Below are positions 12,129 through 24,467 of a DNA stretch of 64,000 nucleotides, piece after piece. The notes under the pieces were generated by a model. That model saw only the letters and a program-made list of their open reading frames with translations, searched no databases and was not told the origin of the DNA. The DNA is from Dimorphilus gyrociliatus (lineage: Eukaryota; Animalia; Annelida): NCBI GenBank assembly GCA_904063045.1, contig CAJFCJ010000005.1:1937988-2001987 (forward strand), written 5' to 3'. Each line of letters begins with the position of its first letter. The stretch's first letter is position 1. Made by a program: the position numbers and the translations under genes.

Positions 12129-14036
12129 ATGAATCCTTTTTGGCATCTTTTAATCTATATTCTAATTTTGAGGTTTGTTCTTTTTATTAATTATTCTCTA
12201 CCTTTTTACCTTTTCTATCTATTTTAATCTTTTTCTATCGTGCATCGGGTTTTTTTTTCATTTCATTCTATCTATTGATCAATTTATCTTCTCTGTGATG
12301 TTCATTGAATCCGTCAATTTTCACCGTTTAATAAACTTTCGATTAATGAAATATTTTACGGTTTCTTAATTAATAGGTTAATTGAATCGAAAAGGAATAT
12401 TTCACATATGCATTTAATTATAAGTCAATTACTAGAGGATCAGTACAATGGAGAAATAAGACCAGGAGCTGTAAATAGTGAAGCGACAACAGTTTATTTA
12501 AACTTTCGAATAAATTCAATGTCAGCATTAAGGGAAACTTCCATGGTAAATATTTCTCATTCCTCTTTCTCTCTTCCCCCTCTCCCCCTTCTCTCTCTCC
12601 CTCTTTCTCTAGACCTTCATCTTACCTCCTATATTTTTCCTTTTTGTTTCTATATTTCCATTTAAATAAAGCACTAAATTCTAACCTTCTTTAGTATCAG
12701 AAATTTAGTTAAATTAAAGTAATCGTTTATTGATTAATTCTATAGGATTACACAGTCAACGTTTATTTAAGGATGATGTGGTTTGAACCGAGGTTAGCTT
12801 TTCAAACAGCACATGGAGACTATACAGAAAATGACGCCTACACCTTGTCACATAAACAATTCTCTAAACTCTGGATTCCAGATTTATTCATTAAGAATGA
12901 AAAGGACGGTAAATTACACGACCTTGTATTACCAAACAAGTTAATGCGGTTGAATGCTTCGGGCAGTATCCTGTATAGCCAGAGGCTAAGTTTAACTTTG
13001 GCATGTGAATTAGATTTGACACGGTTCCCTTTGGATAATCAAACCTGTAAATTTATATTTGCCAGTTGTGAGTGTTTAATCTCAGCTATTTTTCTTAATG
13101 TAATTCGGGTTTCTTTTATTTAAATAATAAGATGCCCATACTCTTGAGGATGTTATTATATTATGGACAAAAGAAAATCCGGTACAAGCAATTAAGGATC
13201 TAAAAGTACCGGAGTTTGAACTGTTAGATATTACAACTGGTTACTGCATATCAAATTCAAGTACTGGGGCATATGCTTGCCTAGAAGCTGTCCTTTTCTT
13301 CCAACGCCAGGTCAATTATTATCTTATTCAAGTCTATTTACCGTCGCTACTAGTCGTGGTACTTTCCTGGGTATCATTTTGGATAGACGCAGACGCCGTC
13401 CCAGCCAGAGTTTCACTGGGATTGTTGACTGTTCTGACAATGACTACACAAAGTTCAAATTTTGCTGCACGTATGCCTAGAGTTAGTTATGTAAAAGCAA
13501 TCGATGTTTGGATGGCTAGCTGCCTCTTGTTCGTTTTTGGCGCTCTTGTCGAATACTCATTTGTTAATGTTCTCGTTCGGCGTTCCAGACCTATGCAACA
13601 GCAAATAATAAGTAATCTTGTAAAACAAGCTCAGGTAAATATTAAAAAAGCAGGACTTGCAGTGAATTCACTGTGAATTATTCATAATTAACAGTCATAA
13701 AAAACGAGACAAATATATATATATATATATATAGGGGATTTTACTATACTCAGATTTTTCTTTTTCCTTTAGCAGGGAAACGGACCGTCCGATAACAATG
13801 ACTCATTGGATAAACACAGACAAGAGGCTTTCGAAACCCAAGTAAAATTACGCAGGATCAGTAATTCACCAGAAGTTACTGTCGTACCCCCGTCAATGAA
13901 TATGTCTTCCATAAAAAATCGAGGAGCGTTGATCGATAAATTCAGCAGGTTTACTTTTCCACTGGTCTTTGGCCTATTCAACTTATTTTATTGGATATAC
14001 TATTTAACAAACACGTCATCAAGTGAACTCCGATAG
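12129..14036 (+). CDS. Anion-selective Cys-loop receptor subunit (glycine receptor / GluCl-like)
   Basis: Exons 12129-12172, 12377-12545, 12746-13067, 13132-13634 and 13773-14036 are all in phase. Features: signal peptide, WIPDLFIKNEK, Cys-loop CELDLTRFPLDNQTC, loop-C Cys pair CISNSSTGAYAC, anion motif VPARVSLGLLTVLTMTTQ, VSYVKAIDVW, and M4 IDKFSRFTFPLVFGLFNLFYW. Confidence 0.93.
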
Positions 14037-14340
14037 ATGGAAGCACTTCAGTTTCATATTGTACATTTATATATCATTTTTCCTATTCCTCAATCATTTC
14101 CTCCTTACTAGACACTATTTTTTTGAAAACTGAATTAAATTTATTACAGTATTCTATATTTGCATTATTTTTAATATTCGATATCTTATTTCTTTGTCTC
14201 TCTCTCTCTCTCTCTCGCTTTAGACTTATCTCCTCTTTCCTTCTCTTTATCCTACACTTTTCTATTATATCTTTAAGACTATCAAAATTTTATTACATGT
14301 TCCTTCTTTTATATTATTTTTTAAAGATGAAGTGAAAACA

Positions 14341-14351
14341 AAGAGAGAGAG

Positions 14352-14390
<39 letters not shown>
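14341..14390. repeat. (GA)n microsatellite
   Basis: AGAG run of about 50 nt between the convergent channel gene and the His-brace gene. Confidence 0.9.
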
Positions 14391-14395
<5 letters not shown>

Positions 14396-14552
14396 TATTA
14401 GGGGAAAAGTTAGTATGACGAGAAAAAACCCAAAAGAAAAATATAAAACAAAACAGGGACAATTTTGTATTTTTTGCAAATAATCCTTTTATTATAAGAG
14501 AAAGAGAATTAAAATGGATGCTAAAAAAATATCATAATGAATTTCATTCAAA

Positions 14553-17237
14553 TTAAGAAGAAATCCTTGGAGCTTTGGCTATAAGCGCTTTCTCATTGAA
14601 TCTCGATGTGGTAATATGTAATTCTAATTCTCCTGCGTTTAGAGCACTAACAATATCAGCGGATGGATTATCAAGACTCCATTCTAGTTTTTGGGAATTA
14701 TCTTCCAATTGGATATAGCTTTCTCCCCTTACATTTGCATCTGTAGCTAGTGTTGTTGAGCCTCGTTTTAGGGTCAAACTTTGCACAACTTCGTTAGATG
14801 CAACATTTCTTAAGAGAGAGTTGATCTCCAATTTAGCATTTGAAGGTGCCAAAAAGAATGTACTTAAACCGTTTGTATTAACCTCTTCAACGCCGAAATC
14901 TGTTGGTTTACCTTCCAAAGATAGCACGCTGGTACGGAAATTGGCTACACTGAATTCTGGATAGGGGAATTGCCCATGAATTTGTCTATCTGAATTGAAT
15001 GCTGGAGAGCTGACAATTTCTGCATAAAGATGGCCGCTTGCCAAAATCCAATAAGATTTTACAGAGTCCAACGGCCATGTACCGGTGGCAACACCGTTTT
15101 CGAAATTCTCTATTTGGTAGATTAGACTACCAGAATGGCCTTGCCTAGCGGGTCCTCTTATCGACAAAGTTCCAGCGACATTAGGTGCAACAACTGCATA
15201 TCGGAATCCTGTCTGTTCTGGTATAAGAACAATTTCTCCCTTATTCTCTTTATAATTGATCCTTAACGGAGCAGCTACAGAACTGGCGAGGGTAACCTCG
15301 ATTTCTTCATTATTGGTAGATTTAAAAACGGCCGAATAAGAATTAGCATCTAAATATAAAGAACAATTAAAAGAATTAGCCAACAATGCTATCCTAATAT
15401 TTGGACGATGCTAAACGATTACCTCTGGGGGAGAGATTATACACTTGATAAACAAGATTTCCACTATCGACATCGGTAGAATCGACCCGTAGAACGGTAT
15501 CACCTTTCAAAAGAAGCAAAATAGAAGAGAGTTTAGTAAAGGTTGAAGGGTTTTATAGAAAAGGTCGCCTTGTTTATAAAGCTATTAAGGAAAACATGAA
15601 AATACATACCATTGAACTTTATCTCAATTGTACTGATTGCGAAGTTAGACGAAGCGGCCCTAACCCATACTCTATCATCCGTTATCGATAAACTTATAAT
15701 AGCCGATTTAGTATCTTGCTGATTAAAACCCTTTTAAAGAGAGACAAAAACACAAAATCAGAGATATAAAAACTAAGTTTAAGGAAGATTATCAATAGAC
15801 AATAATGTTTTTACAATGATTTATCATTAGATTGTTATCTTCTTCATCTAATTTGTTTATAAAAGAAATCAAATAATACTTACTCCTAGATACTTTGCAC
15901 TGGGAATACAAATTCCATTAGGTTCAACAACGAACGAATAAGGTGCATTTGATCCAATAAAATCGTTACCCTTTAGCCAACCATCCTTTCCCCAATCAAT
16001 ACCCAAATGGTAATAATATTGAAATTCGTGTATCTAGAGAAAGGAAAAAGTTATTTATTTGTTTTATTTATTTTACTCTATCGATTATATAATCAGATTT
16101 TATCACGAACTTTCTGCAGAAGGACCAGGGTAGATTTCTCTAATTGATTACCGGCACTTTCATCTCTAAGAGTCAATTCTAGACGGCCATTCTATAATAG
16201 AGATGGGAAGAAAGAAAGAAAAAATACAATATATATATATATATAGATATATACTTCAAAGATTATTTTCTTTCAATTGATTTAAATATTTACTTCTAAA
16301 TCGTCAATAGTATTGGAATCTAAATTGGACCATACTCCAATAGCCCTAATCGCTCCAGAGGCCACTGGAATTTCATATACAGCGTCATTGCCTTTGTAAA
16401 TACTCAATTTATGAGATGAGCTACAAATAATAAATAACATATATTAATCCATATATGTATATATCTATATATATATATATTATTTCTGATTAAAGTTAGT
16501 TTAAATACGTACGTAAATTGAGAGAGTGATATATTATATGCTAAATTATTCATGTGAATATCGTGGTAGAATTTACCGTCGGCTCCAGTTGAACCTATAT
16601 TTACTTTCGAGGTATATTCGTTAGCCGGTCTGTATGGCCATTGACCGATTAAGTTCTTTTTGTATTCCGCTGAGCAGCTGTTGATATCTCTATTTAAACC
16701 TTGGCTTGTTGGACGAATTTTTACGTTAGCGCAAGAGTAGTAAGTACTACAATTGTTATGTCCCATATTTTCTTGATAACATGGAGCCTCATCGGGTCTG
16801 TATTTATCCAACATAACCGATATTACTTGAAGGAAACACCTGTCGCATTTTATGTCTGGAATGTTGACGGTTAGGTAATGTTGAGCGGGGCAACGGCCGA
16901 TTGGATAACCAGATATCCAGCAGTCAGGTCCCAAATCCATTTTAGCAGCATCGTTATGGGGTATATGATCCAAGAGGAGGCAAGTGGCATCGGGTTTACC
17001 ATATTCGTTTAGACTCACTATAGTCGGGGCTTCTCTATGAAAGATGGTCTCTTCAAATCTTATTGTCATTGGTCCGGGTACGATATCCATGTAATTAGCT
17101 TCGAATGGGTTGTTCTCGTCGCTGCATGGTCCCGACTTGATACCACTGTTAGTACTCTCGGGACGAGGGCATACAAAACGTTGATGGCAGTTTGCAGTCC
17201 ATACAAATAAGCAAAATATTACCAATTTATTTATCAT
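14553..17237 (-). CDS. Secreted 706-aa protein: N-terminal His-brace LPMO-like domain plus about four CHRD-like repeats
   Basis: Exons 17237-16513, 16420-16294, 16191-16111, 16033-15884, 15730-15610, 15503-15423 and 15388-14553 sum to 2121 nt with consistent phases. Signal peptide MINKLVIFCLFVWTANC is followed directly by His (HQRFVCPRP...GIKSGPC); also EETIFH, IPDIKCDRCFLQVI and TYYSCANV. C-terminal repeats include SGHLYAEIV..PAF...QIHGQF. The CDS is well supported; the product assignment rests on recalled motifs. Confidence 0.78.
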
Positions 17238-17997
17238 TATTCTATGTAAATTAACTATTAATTACGATATAATAAAATCAGTAATTTAAAAAATCAAGAA
17301 AACTTGTGGCTATGCCAAGCTAAACGATCTAATTAAATACGTTTTGTTATCTTTAATCAAGTTTAATATCTTAAGAAGACGATCATAAGATGTGACTATA
17401 TTTAGGACGTTAAGTATTGCGTAGCAAAATTTCTAGAGGAATTGTTGAAAATTACAAAATACACCGATTCTTATCGATTGAGTAAACTTATATTAAGATA
17501 AGAATGATAATAAATAATGACTTATACATTAATGCGAATGATATTGTCCTAGATTTTAGAAATATTAGTTCAATCGTTTATATTCTCTTATGTTCTTTTT
17601 CCCGTCAGACTCGTTTTTTTTAGTAAATCTTTTCCTCCTTTTTTAATTATCTTCCCTTTAATTATTCATAACAAAATCGAAAAGTAGGCCTTTCTATATT
17701 AAACGGAAAAATATGGAAGATGGCGCTAATGTTTTTAGAAAAGTTTATGTATACAAAATGCACAAAACTTTAAATATCGACTACCAGAAATCGAAAAGAG
17801 CATAATGAGTCGTTAATCAAGTATTGCATAGAGAGCGTGATTTATCGACGTCGCGTTGCTGGAGCAACTATTGAACGACCCATAAAAAAAACTGAGCGTT
17901 CTTTTTAATGTCATTTACCAACCAAGCTCAAAATGAATAACATTCACAATCGAATTTTATTAAGTTCTCAAATAGAAGACACGCAATAAGAGGAAGT

Positions 17998-19735
17998 ATG
18001 GAAAATGAAGGAACGCGAATCGTTTCCTTTTCAAACGGAAGAGATGCGACCCTCTTTCTCAGTCGGACTCCTACAATGGAAAAGTCTCGAACACCAAGAG
18101 AAAGAGCGGCCGTAAAGAAGCATGTTGAAAAGATTAAGGAGGATTATGTAAAATTATGCGACAGATACGGGATTAGAGTGACGTCTATGGTGCTACGTCA
18201 TTTAACGTCTAAACGAATTTCCTTATCTGGTCACTGTATGGGGGATTTGGGAGTGAAGATATTAGCTGTTACGTTGACAGTTAGTGATTGAAGCAGTTGT
18301 ATTTAATTTTCTCTTAAAAATTCTGAATTGTTTTCTTTTAATTTAACATTTAGAACAACAACTTTGTGGAGCATTTAGATTTATCTGAAAATTGGATCTC
18401 CTCTGCAGGTAGCAAATTCATAGCGGAGATGCTACTTAAAAACTCCAGACTATCTTCTCTGGTCTGTTTTACTGTTTGCTATTTAAGCTTTATTCATTAA
18501 TTGTACTTTTATTTCTCTTTAACATAGAACTTATCAGAGAATAAACTACAAAGTGATGGAGTTAGATTTATTTGTGACTCGTTAAGAGTTAATCACTACA
18601 TCTCGTGGTTAGATTTATCCGGTAAAGATCATTATATATATTTTCAAATTAGGGCAAGGGAAAGATAGAATGAAAAAATCAGACTAAGGCTACAGGGGAA
18701 AACAAGGAAAATAGCAATTAATGACGTAATTTTACTCGGTTGGCAGGAAACTCTTTGGAGGATAAAGACGCTAGTTACTTAGCCTATTTGCTAGAAAACC
18801 ACTCGATTCTACGCTATCTACGATTAGCCCATAATCGTTTTTCGGATGATGCTGCGGAAAAAATGGCAATAGCACTTGGTACAGTTTTTAACCTTCCAAA
18901 TAGAGATTATATTCCAATATATTCTTGAATTTATGTCATTTTTCATCATAAAACAGGCAATAATGAGACTCTACAACATTTGGATCTCAGCTGGAATCAT
19001 ATAAGGGGTAAGGGGGGATCATATTTAGGTAGGTGTCTATCGGAAAATGTCTCTCTCAAAACGTTAAAAGTCGAATGGAACGGCTTATCTTTTGAAGGAA
19101 GTGAAGCATTTGGAGAGGGTTTATCAAAAAACCGGACACTTAAGCATTTAGACCTCTCTTGCAATAGGATCGATGTAAGATGCGTTCAATTTATCGCAAA
19201 AGCCCTCATGATCAATGACGGCCTTGAAATTCTCGAAGTTTGTTATAATAGATGATTCTTTTCCATAATTATTTATGTTCTCTTCAAATTCAAACAGTTA
19301 AGTAGAAATCCATTAAGTTCTACAGGCGTTGAAGTAATTCTTAGATCATTGAATAATGATATAACCAATTTAAAAAAATTAAATATACTTGTAAGTCGGC
19401 AGATGGCACTATTTGTATTTTAACTGTTGCACATGCTCCCTCTTTCCCTCTCTCTCTCTCTCTCTCTCCCTCTGTCTTTCTCTCTCTTTAATCTATTGCT
19501 TTAGAAATTTTTGCGCACATTTGTGTTTATATGTTTATTTATTATAGGGAGTTCCTATAGAGAACGTCGACATTGGACGCCTTGTTAGACTATTAGAGTC
19601 GAATAGGGATATGAAAATTGACTATGGATTATATAAAAACAACAACTACGGTAAACAAACTTTAATATAATTTGTATGCAAAGTATTTTGTTTATAGTCA
19701 TAGAAGAAGATTATAAAACTAGGTTAAAGCAATGA
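17998..19735 (+). CDS. LRRC74: Leucine-rich repeat protein, LRRC74-like (RI-type LRRs)
   Basis: Exons start at 17998, 18354, ~18528, ~18747, ~18957, ~19298, ~19549 and ~19699. N-terminal YVKLCDRYGI...ISLSGHCMGDLGVKILAVTL and repeats LDLSENWIS, LDLSGNSLED, LDLSWNHIRGKG, LDLSCNRID resemble LRRC74. The final exon and stop (19735) are tentative. Confidence 0.78.
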
Positions 19736-19746
19736 TTCTTGACAGC

Positions 19747-22308
19747 CTACTCTGAAACGATGCGAGGAAACGGGATCGGAAAAGGCGATTGGCTAGAGGG
19801 GAAAAGAAAGTAGGCCGAAAATGGAAAAGGGGGAGAAGCGTATAATGAAGACGAATTACTTCTTTCCGCCGAATCTGACATATTGGCACGAGCACCTGAC
19901 TCGATTCTTTCACGCTTTTTGCAAACTGTATAAACTCGTTTGTACAATACTGTTGTATGTATTATAAACAATAAGTCCCTTATATACATATAACTGTATA
20001 CATATATGTATATATAGATATATATTGCTTATGTACAGTTTTTATGAGTATCTGCGTTTTTTTTGTTAAAGGGAAATATTGCCAGGTGGGCTTTTTTTCG
20101 AGAGAAGAAAAAATTTACTTTTTTTTTATAAAAAACAAACAAAAGAGAAAAAAATAAAATAACAGTGTTAAAAAATAAATTAACCATTTCCTTCTTTTTT
20201 CATATCAATAGGCTGTTGCATCGTTTCTGAAGTTGTTACTTTCTTATTTGTCTTTGGTTTACGTTTTCTTGTTTGTATTGAGTCCTTCTTCATTGATAAG
20301 GGCCTTGAAACTCCATGTAATTTAAAATAAAGACCGCAGGCGTTACATACCGGCTCCCCATCATTATTTCGTCTCCACAGCGTCGTCGTTAATGTCTGAC
20401 AATTACTGCACTGCAGGCCTATTCGTCGCGAATTGGGTTGAGCGCACTAGATTAAGTAAACATGACAAAAGGGTAACGGTTAAAAAGTAAGTTTTTTTAA
20501 CGATTATTTATGCTTACAAGGCGTCTTTGGGGTCTTACTAAAGGTCTATTAAGTCCGTTCATCTTACTATATAAACCGCAAGCATTGCACAAATAATGAC
20601 CAGTTCCATCCCGTCTCCAAAGAGGCGTCGAAACGGCTCCGCAATTAACACATTCCCGGCCATCGGAAGGGGAGCAGAAGTCGTCTGGAAAGAGAAAAAG
20701 AAGAAAGAGTAAATCAAAGAAATCATTACGTAACTTACGTAACTAGAAAAATAAAGTTTAAAATTTTAATGATTTAAGTAACAGACTTTATTAATAAAGA
20801 CTGTCCCTTTCAAGCTTAATTTTATCCTAATTGAGTACAAGTTATTAATTAAGGGTCAAATCGATTGTAGACAAGGAAGATGATGATAAATTAGAAGAGG
20901 AAGATGGCAAAATAAAAGAATAAAGACTGGACGGCGCCAAGGCGGCAGCAGGTTATCTCTACGTACTTAGAAAAATAGCCGACCTGTATAAGCTTGCAGC
21001 GTGTTTTGAAAACCTTTCCCTACTTCTTACTGGGAGCTTATGTTTGCTGCACGCTGCAATAACATTATGCTAGATTTCTGTCAGCGATTCCGGCCGCTGG
21101 GAATAAATATGAGTAGGATGATGGGAATATAAGATTCTATCAATACTAAGATCCCCTTTTTATCCTCCTTCTGCTTGTAGACTGTTCTAATTGATTCAAG
21201 ACTGCTAAAAATCCGTAAACATCTAAGAGGACAACGGAACCATTATTTTTCTCAAGGAATGTCCGTTCAATTAATTCGAGGTGGCGACAAACCGTCATTG
21301 TTTGTTGTTGGGTGACGCCCGCCCAGCTGGATGCCGACGTCTCGGGCCGGGTAATCTCTGCATGCTATCATAAGATAATGACCGGACTGTCCATCATTTA
21401 TAGTCCTAGTCATTTCCGCCCATTAAACATGGTTTCCGAATCTAATTAGTTTCACGTACATTATCCGACTTTTTCTCGACTACGTAATTTGTATACAAAG
21501 TTTGTCTCGAGTGTTTGTACATTTTCTCAATCATTTCAATGCCTCCCTTTGTTTTCTATCTACGTAATAAAAATTACAAACCAATCTGCTAATTTTCAAC
21601 AAACACTGTCGTGTCATACATTCTGCACTGACGTACGTACAAAAATTTAAAGGAAAACATACTGGGAATGGGAAAGGGAAGAGTTAGCAAAATTAGCGGG
21701 AAAAGAGAGGGGAGAGTCTGCCAAACTTAATGGCTCTATGGTCCGTTCTAAAAATAAATTATAGGCCTATTAGTTGTTTGTTTCAAACGCACGTGACTGT
21801 AAATATAAATTATATATAAGCGTGACAGACCGTGTGGGCGATGGCAGACGTTATACTTTTGGCGGAAAGAGAAAATTACGGAATAATTCGGCCAACCTGT
21901 AACCAGCTGCGCGAGGGCAGCTATCTACTGCTATCTGCTGTCACTGATAAGCAGACATGTTTGGAGACTCACCGTGTCTGAATGCAGTAGGCTGCTGGTG
22001 CGGTTGTACGCTTTGGTGATTATGCATCGCTGCTGCAGCGGCTGCTGCAGTTCCAAGGCCGCTCCATCCATTCTCGAATGCTGTTGGTTGTGGTGGTGGT
22101 GGTGGCTGTGGGTGATGAGGAGGTGGAGGTGCGTGGGCAGACGGTGAAGGGTAACCATACTGCAAGCCGTCATTCCATGGCCCAGTTACGTACGCTGCTG
22201 CGGTCGCTGGAGTAGATAGAAACTGTTGACTCCTAAACTGTGTGTCAGCCGTCGGATAGGCTCGAAATAGCCTTTCCACCTCGTCCTCCCACTTGTGCGA
22301 CTTCATTC
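19747..22308 (-). CDS. GATA456: GATA4/5/6-class transcription factor, paralog C (downstream copy)
   Basis: Exons 22308-21973, 20684-20518, 20446-20185 and 19925-19747 are in phase; a possible extra start exon lies at 23139-23127 (MQPT). Two fingers, [25 protein letters not shown] and [25 protein letters not shown], carry 456-type residues PQRRL, GEPVC, LHGV and IQTRKRKPK. Confidence 0.94.
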
Positions 22309-24467
22309 CTTAAGTTTAAAGATAAGATAAGAACACAAATTTTTCTATCGGAAATGTGAACCCCTGTAATAGACGTAAGGGGAAAAGAAATGGTACAATG
22401 GCCATTTCATTTACATTCTTATATTAAAATTAACTCGACGACAAACAGCGCTTTAGAACTTTTCTTTTTCTTTTCCAACCTTATTCTTTTTTTGATGAAA
22501 AGTGCTTTTTATCGTTGACTGTTTGTACAAGGCGGCGTCATTGATGTTTGTAATGTTTTCTGATGGTGCTCGAGATTATAAAGGTACGCGAAACGGTAGG
22601 TTTCTTTAATGACCTATCGAAAGTATATAGTCGGCAAAGCCCGACGTTACCACTTATCTAGACTTTGATTGGAAAATTGATACGTAATCAGATAAGGGAA
22701 ACTACCCTCGCAGTACCTAGGTGTGTTTGTATGCAAATAGAACGTTATTACCCCGTGTCAAACGTAACATAGCGAATTCCTTAGCATAAGTTTATTTTCA
22801 AAAAGTAATTAATTCGAGCGTATAATTCAAGTCCAATTCCATTTCGATAATGCAAAATGAGGTACGAAATTTTGTCAACAGGTGACAAACATTTAGAAGG
22901 CGTCGCTAACACGGGTCGTAAACCGCGGGTGGTTGGCGATGATGGTCTCGAACTCAGTAAGACGCGTCATTAGAGGCTTAATGCCGCAGACAAACATGTG
23001 CAGAAAATTCTTGTTTGTCGTTAATCAAATTGGCGCGTAAAACAATTTTTCTATAGGTTGTTCGAAGTAAATCATTATTTATAGCATGGAGATATTTATA
23101 GAAATTTAAGAAAACTTTTAACATACCTGTGGGCTGCATTGTCGATTTTTCTGTTTCAACTGTACTTTTCGTCGACTCACCTTGGTAGATAAGATTAAGA
23201 AATTTTAAGATAAAAATTGATAAAGACAAGTATATACGGTATGCGATTAGGCTTAGAAGAAAAAAGGGAGAAGTTTTCAACTACTTGTCTATTTAGCGTA
23301 AGCTGCCTAAATATCTTGCTATCTTATCGAATTTTATTGCATCGATTTCATTTATATCTCTTATCAATCGTTGTCAGTAACTATGCATTGTACAAAATAA
23401 AGTCGGGTTATCTTCAATTTTCATAGTTTAACTCGCTAATTTGTTCGCCTTATCCGTCGACTGACAACCTAATTTCTTCTCACGCCTAATGAAACGGAAT
23501 GCGCGGACCGCTAATGCAGTTTCGCCTCCCACAGGAATAGAGCGTTCTTTATGAAAACTGCAATACGATAGGCTATCATAAGCAATTACGTCATTTCGAA
23601 TCGTAAACGTGTCGGCGCTTAGACGCGAAAGTTTGCCGAGCAGTAAAAAACGCAGCGGGGGAATGACGTTAAAACTCGAAGGGGCAAGATTATAGGGATA
23701 TAAGAGGTGGTTAGCAATCCTTTATTAATAAGAAAAAGAAGGATGCATAGGGAAAAAGTTTTGGGCAGCACCTTAACCGGTGATTGTTTCAGCCGACTGA
23801 TTAGAGGCGGATAATGAGATAAGACGATGCACTGTGCACACCACGCGTATCACATCAAAAGTTTTCTATTTGATGAATGGTAATAGGAAATTGCGGCTAA
23901 CTATGGCCAGGGATCCGCCGAAACCTATTTGTTAGAAAGAGTAAAAAGGCATAATGAAAGGGTTTCTTTAGATTTCCTCGAGGTAGATGGACGGCGGTTG
24001 GGCGGCTGGTAAACGTCAATATAAAAAAGACCCGCTCTATTTATATGCGTAAAACGCCTATCTAACCCTTGACCGTGGCTAATGCACGACCGAACGCCAG
24101 ACAAATGACCGTATCCAACCATAGAAAAACGCGGCGATTTAGAACGCCTGTCAAGGTTCATGCCGTCACTTTGACACGTTACAGTTGGTTAGACAAAATA
24201 CGCTAAGGCGAATTTTTTAATGTAATTTTCTCCTTTCGGAATTTTATTTAACTTTTTTTTATAAAAAAAAAAAGACTGAATTTTAGAATAAAAAAAAAAC
24301 GCACTTTTCAGTAATACATTTGTTTTATAAATACTGAATAATAATTAAAATTTTACAAACAAACAAAAAAAACCGATTTTTACATGAAAAGTATTATGTA
24401 TGTATAGATATATATATCCACCGAAAAAAAAACAAAAACTGTATAGATAGACAAAAACAAACAATTG

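Noticed and set aside
14553-17237. Calling the CHRD-repeat gene chordin, or a bacterial contaminant
   Set aside because: It has no Cys-rich VWC domains, so it is not chordin. Six GT-AG introns, matching AT content and animal neighbours exclude contamination, although ancient horizontal origin of the domain remains open.
19736-19935. Protein-like + strand sequence after the LRRC74 stop suggesting stop-codon readthrough
   Set aside because: It is explained more simply as the antisense of GATA-C's last coding exon (19925-19747), which has a good acceptor and matching phase.
23925-24161. 78-aa minus-strand ORF upstream of GATA-C
   Set aside because: No motif similarity or compatible splice sites; probably GC-richer regulatory DNA.
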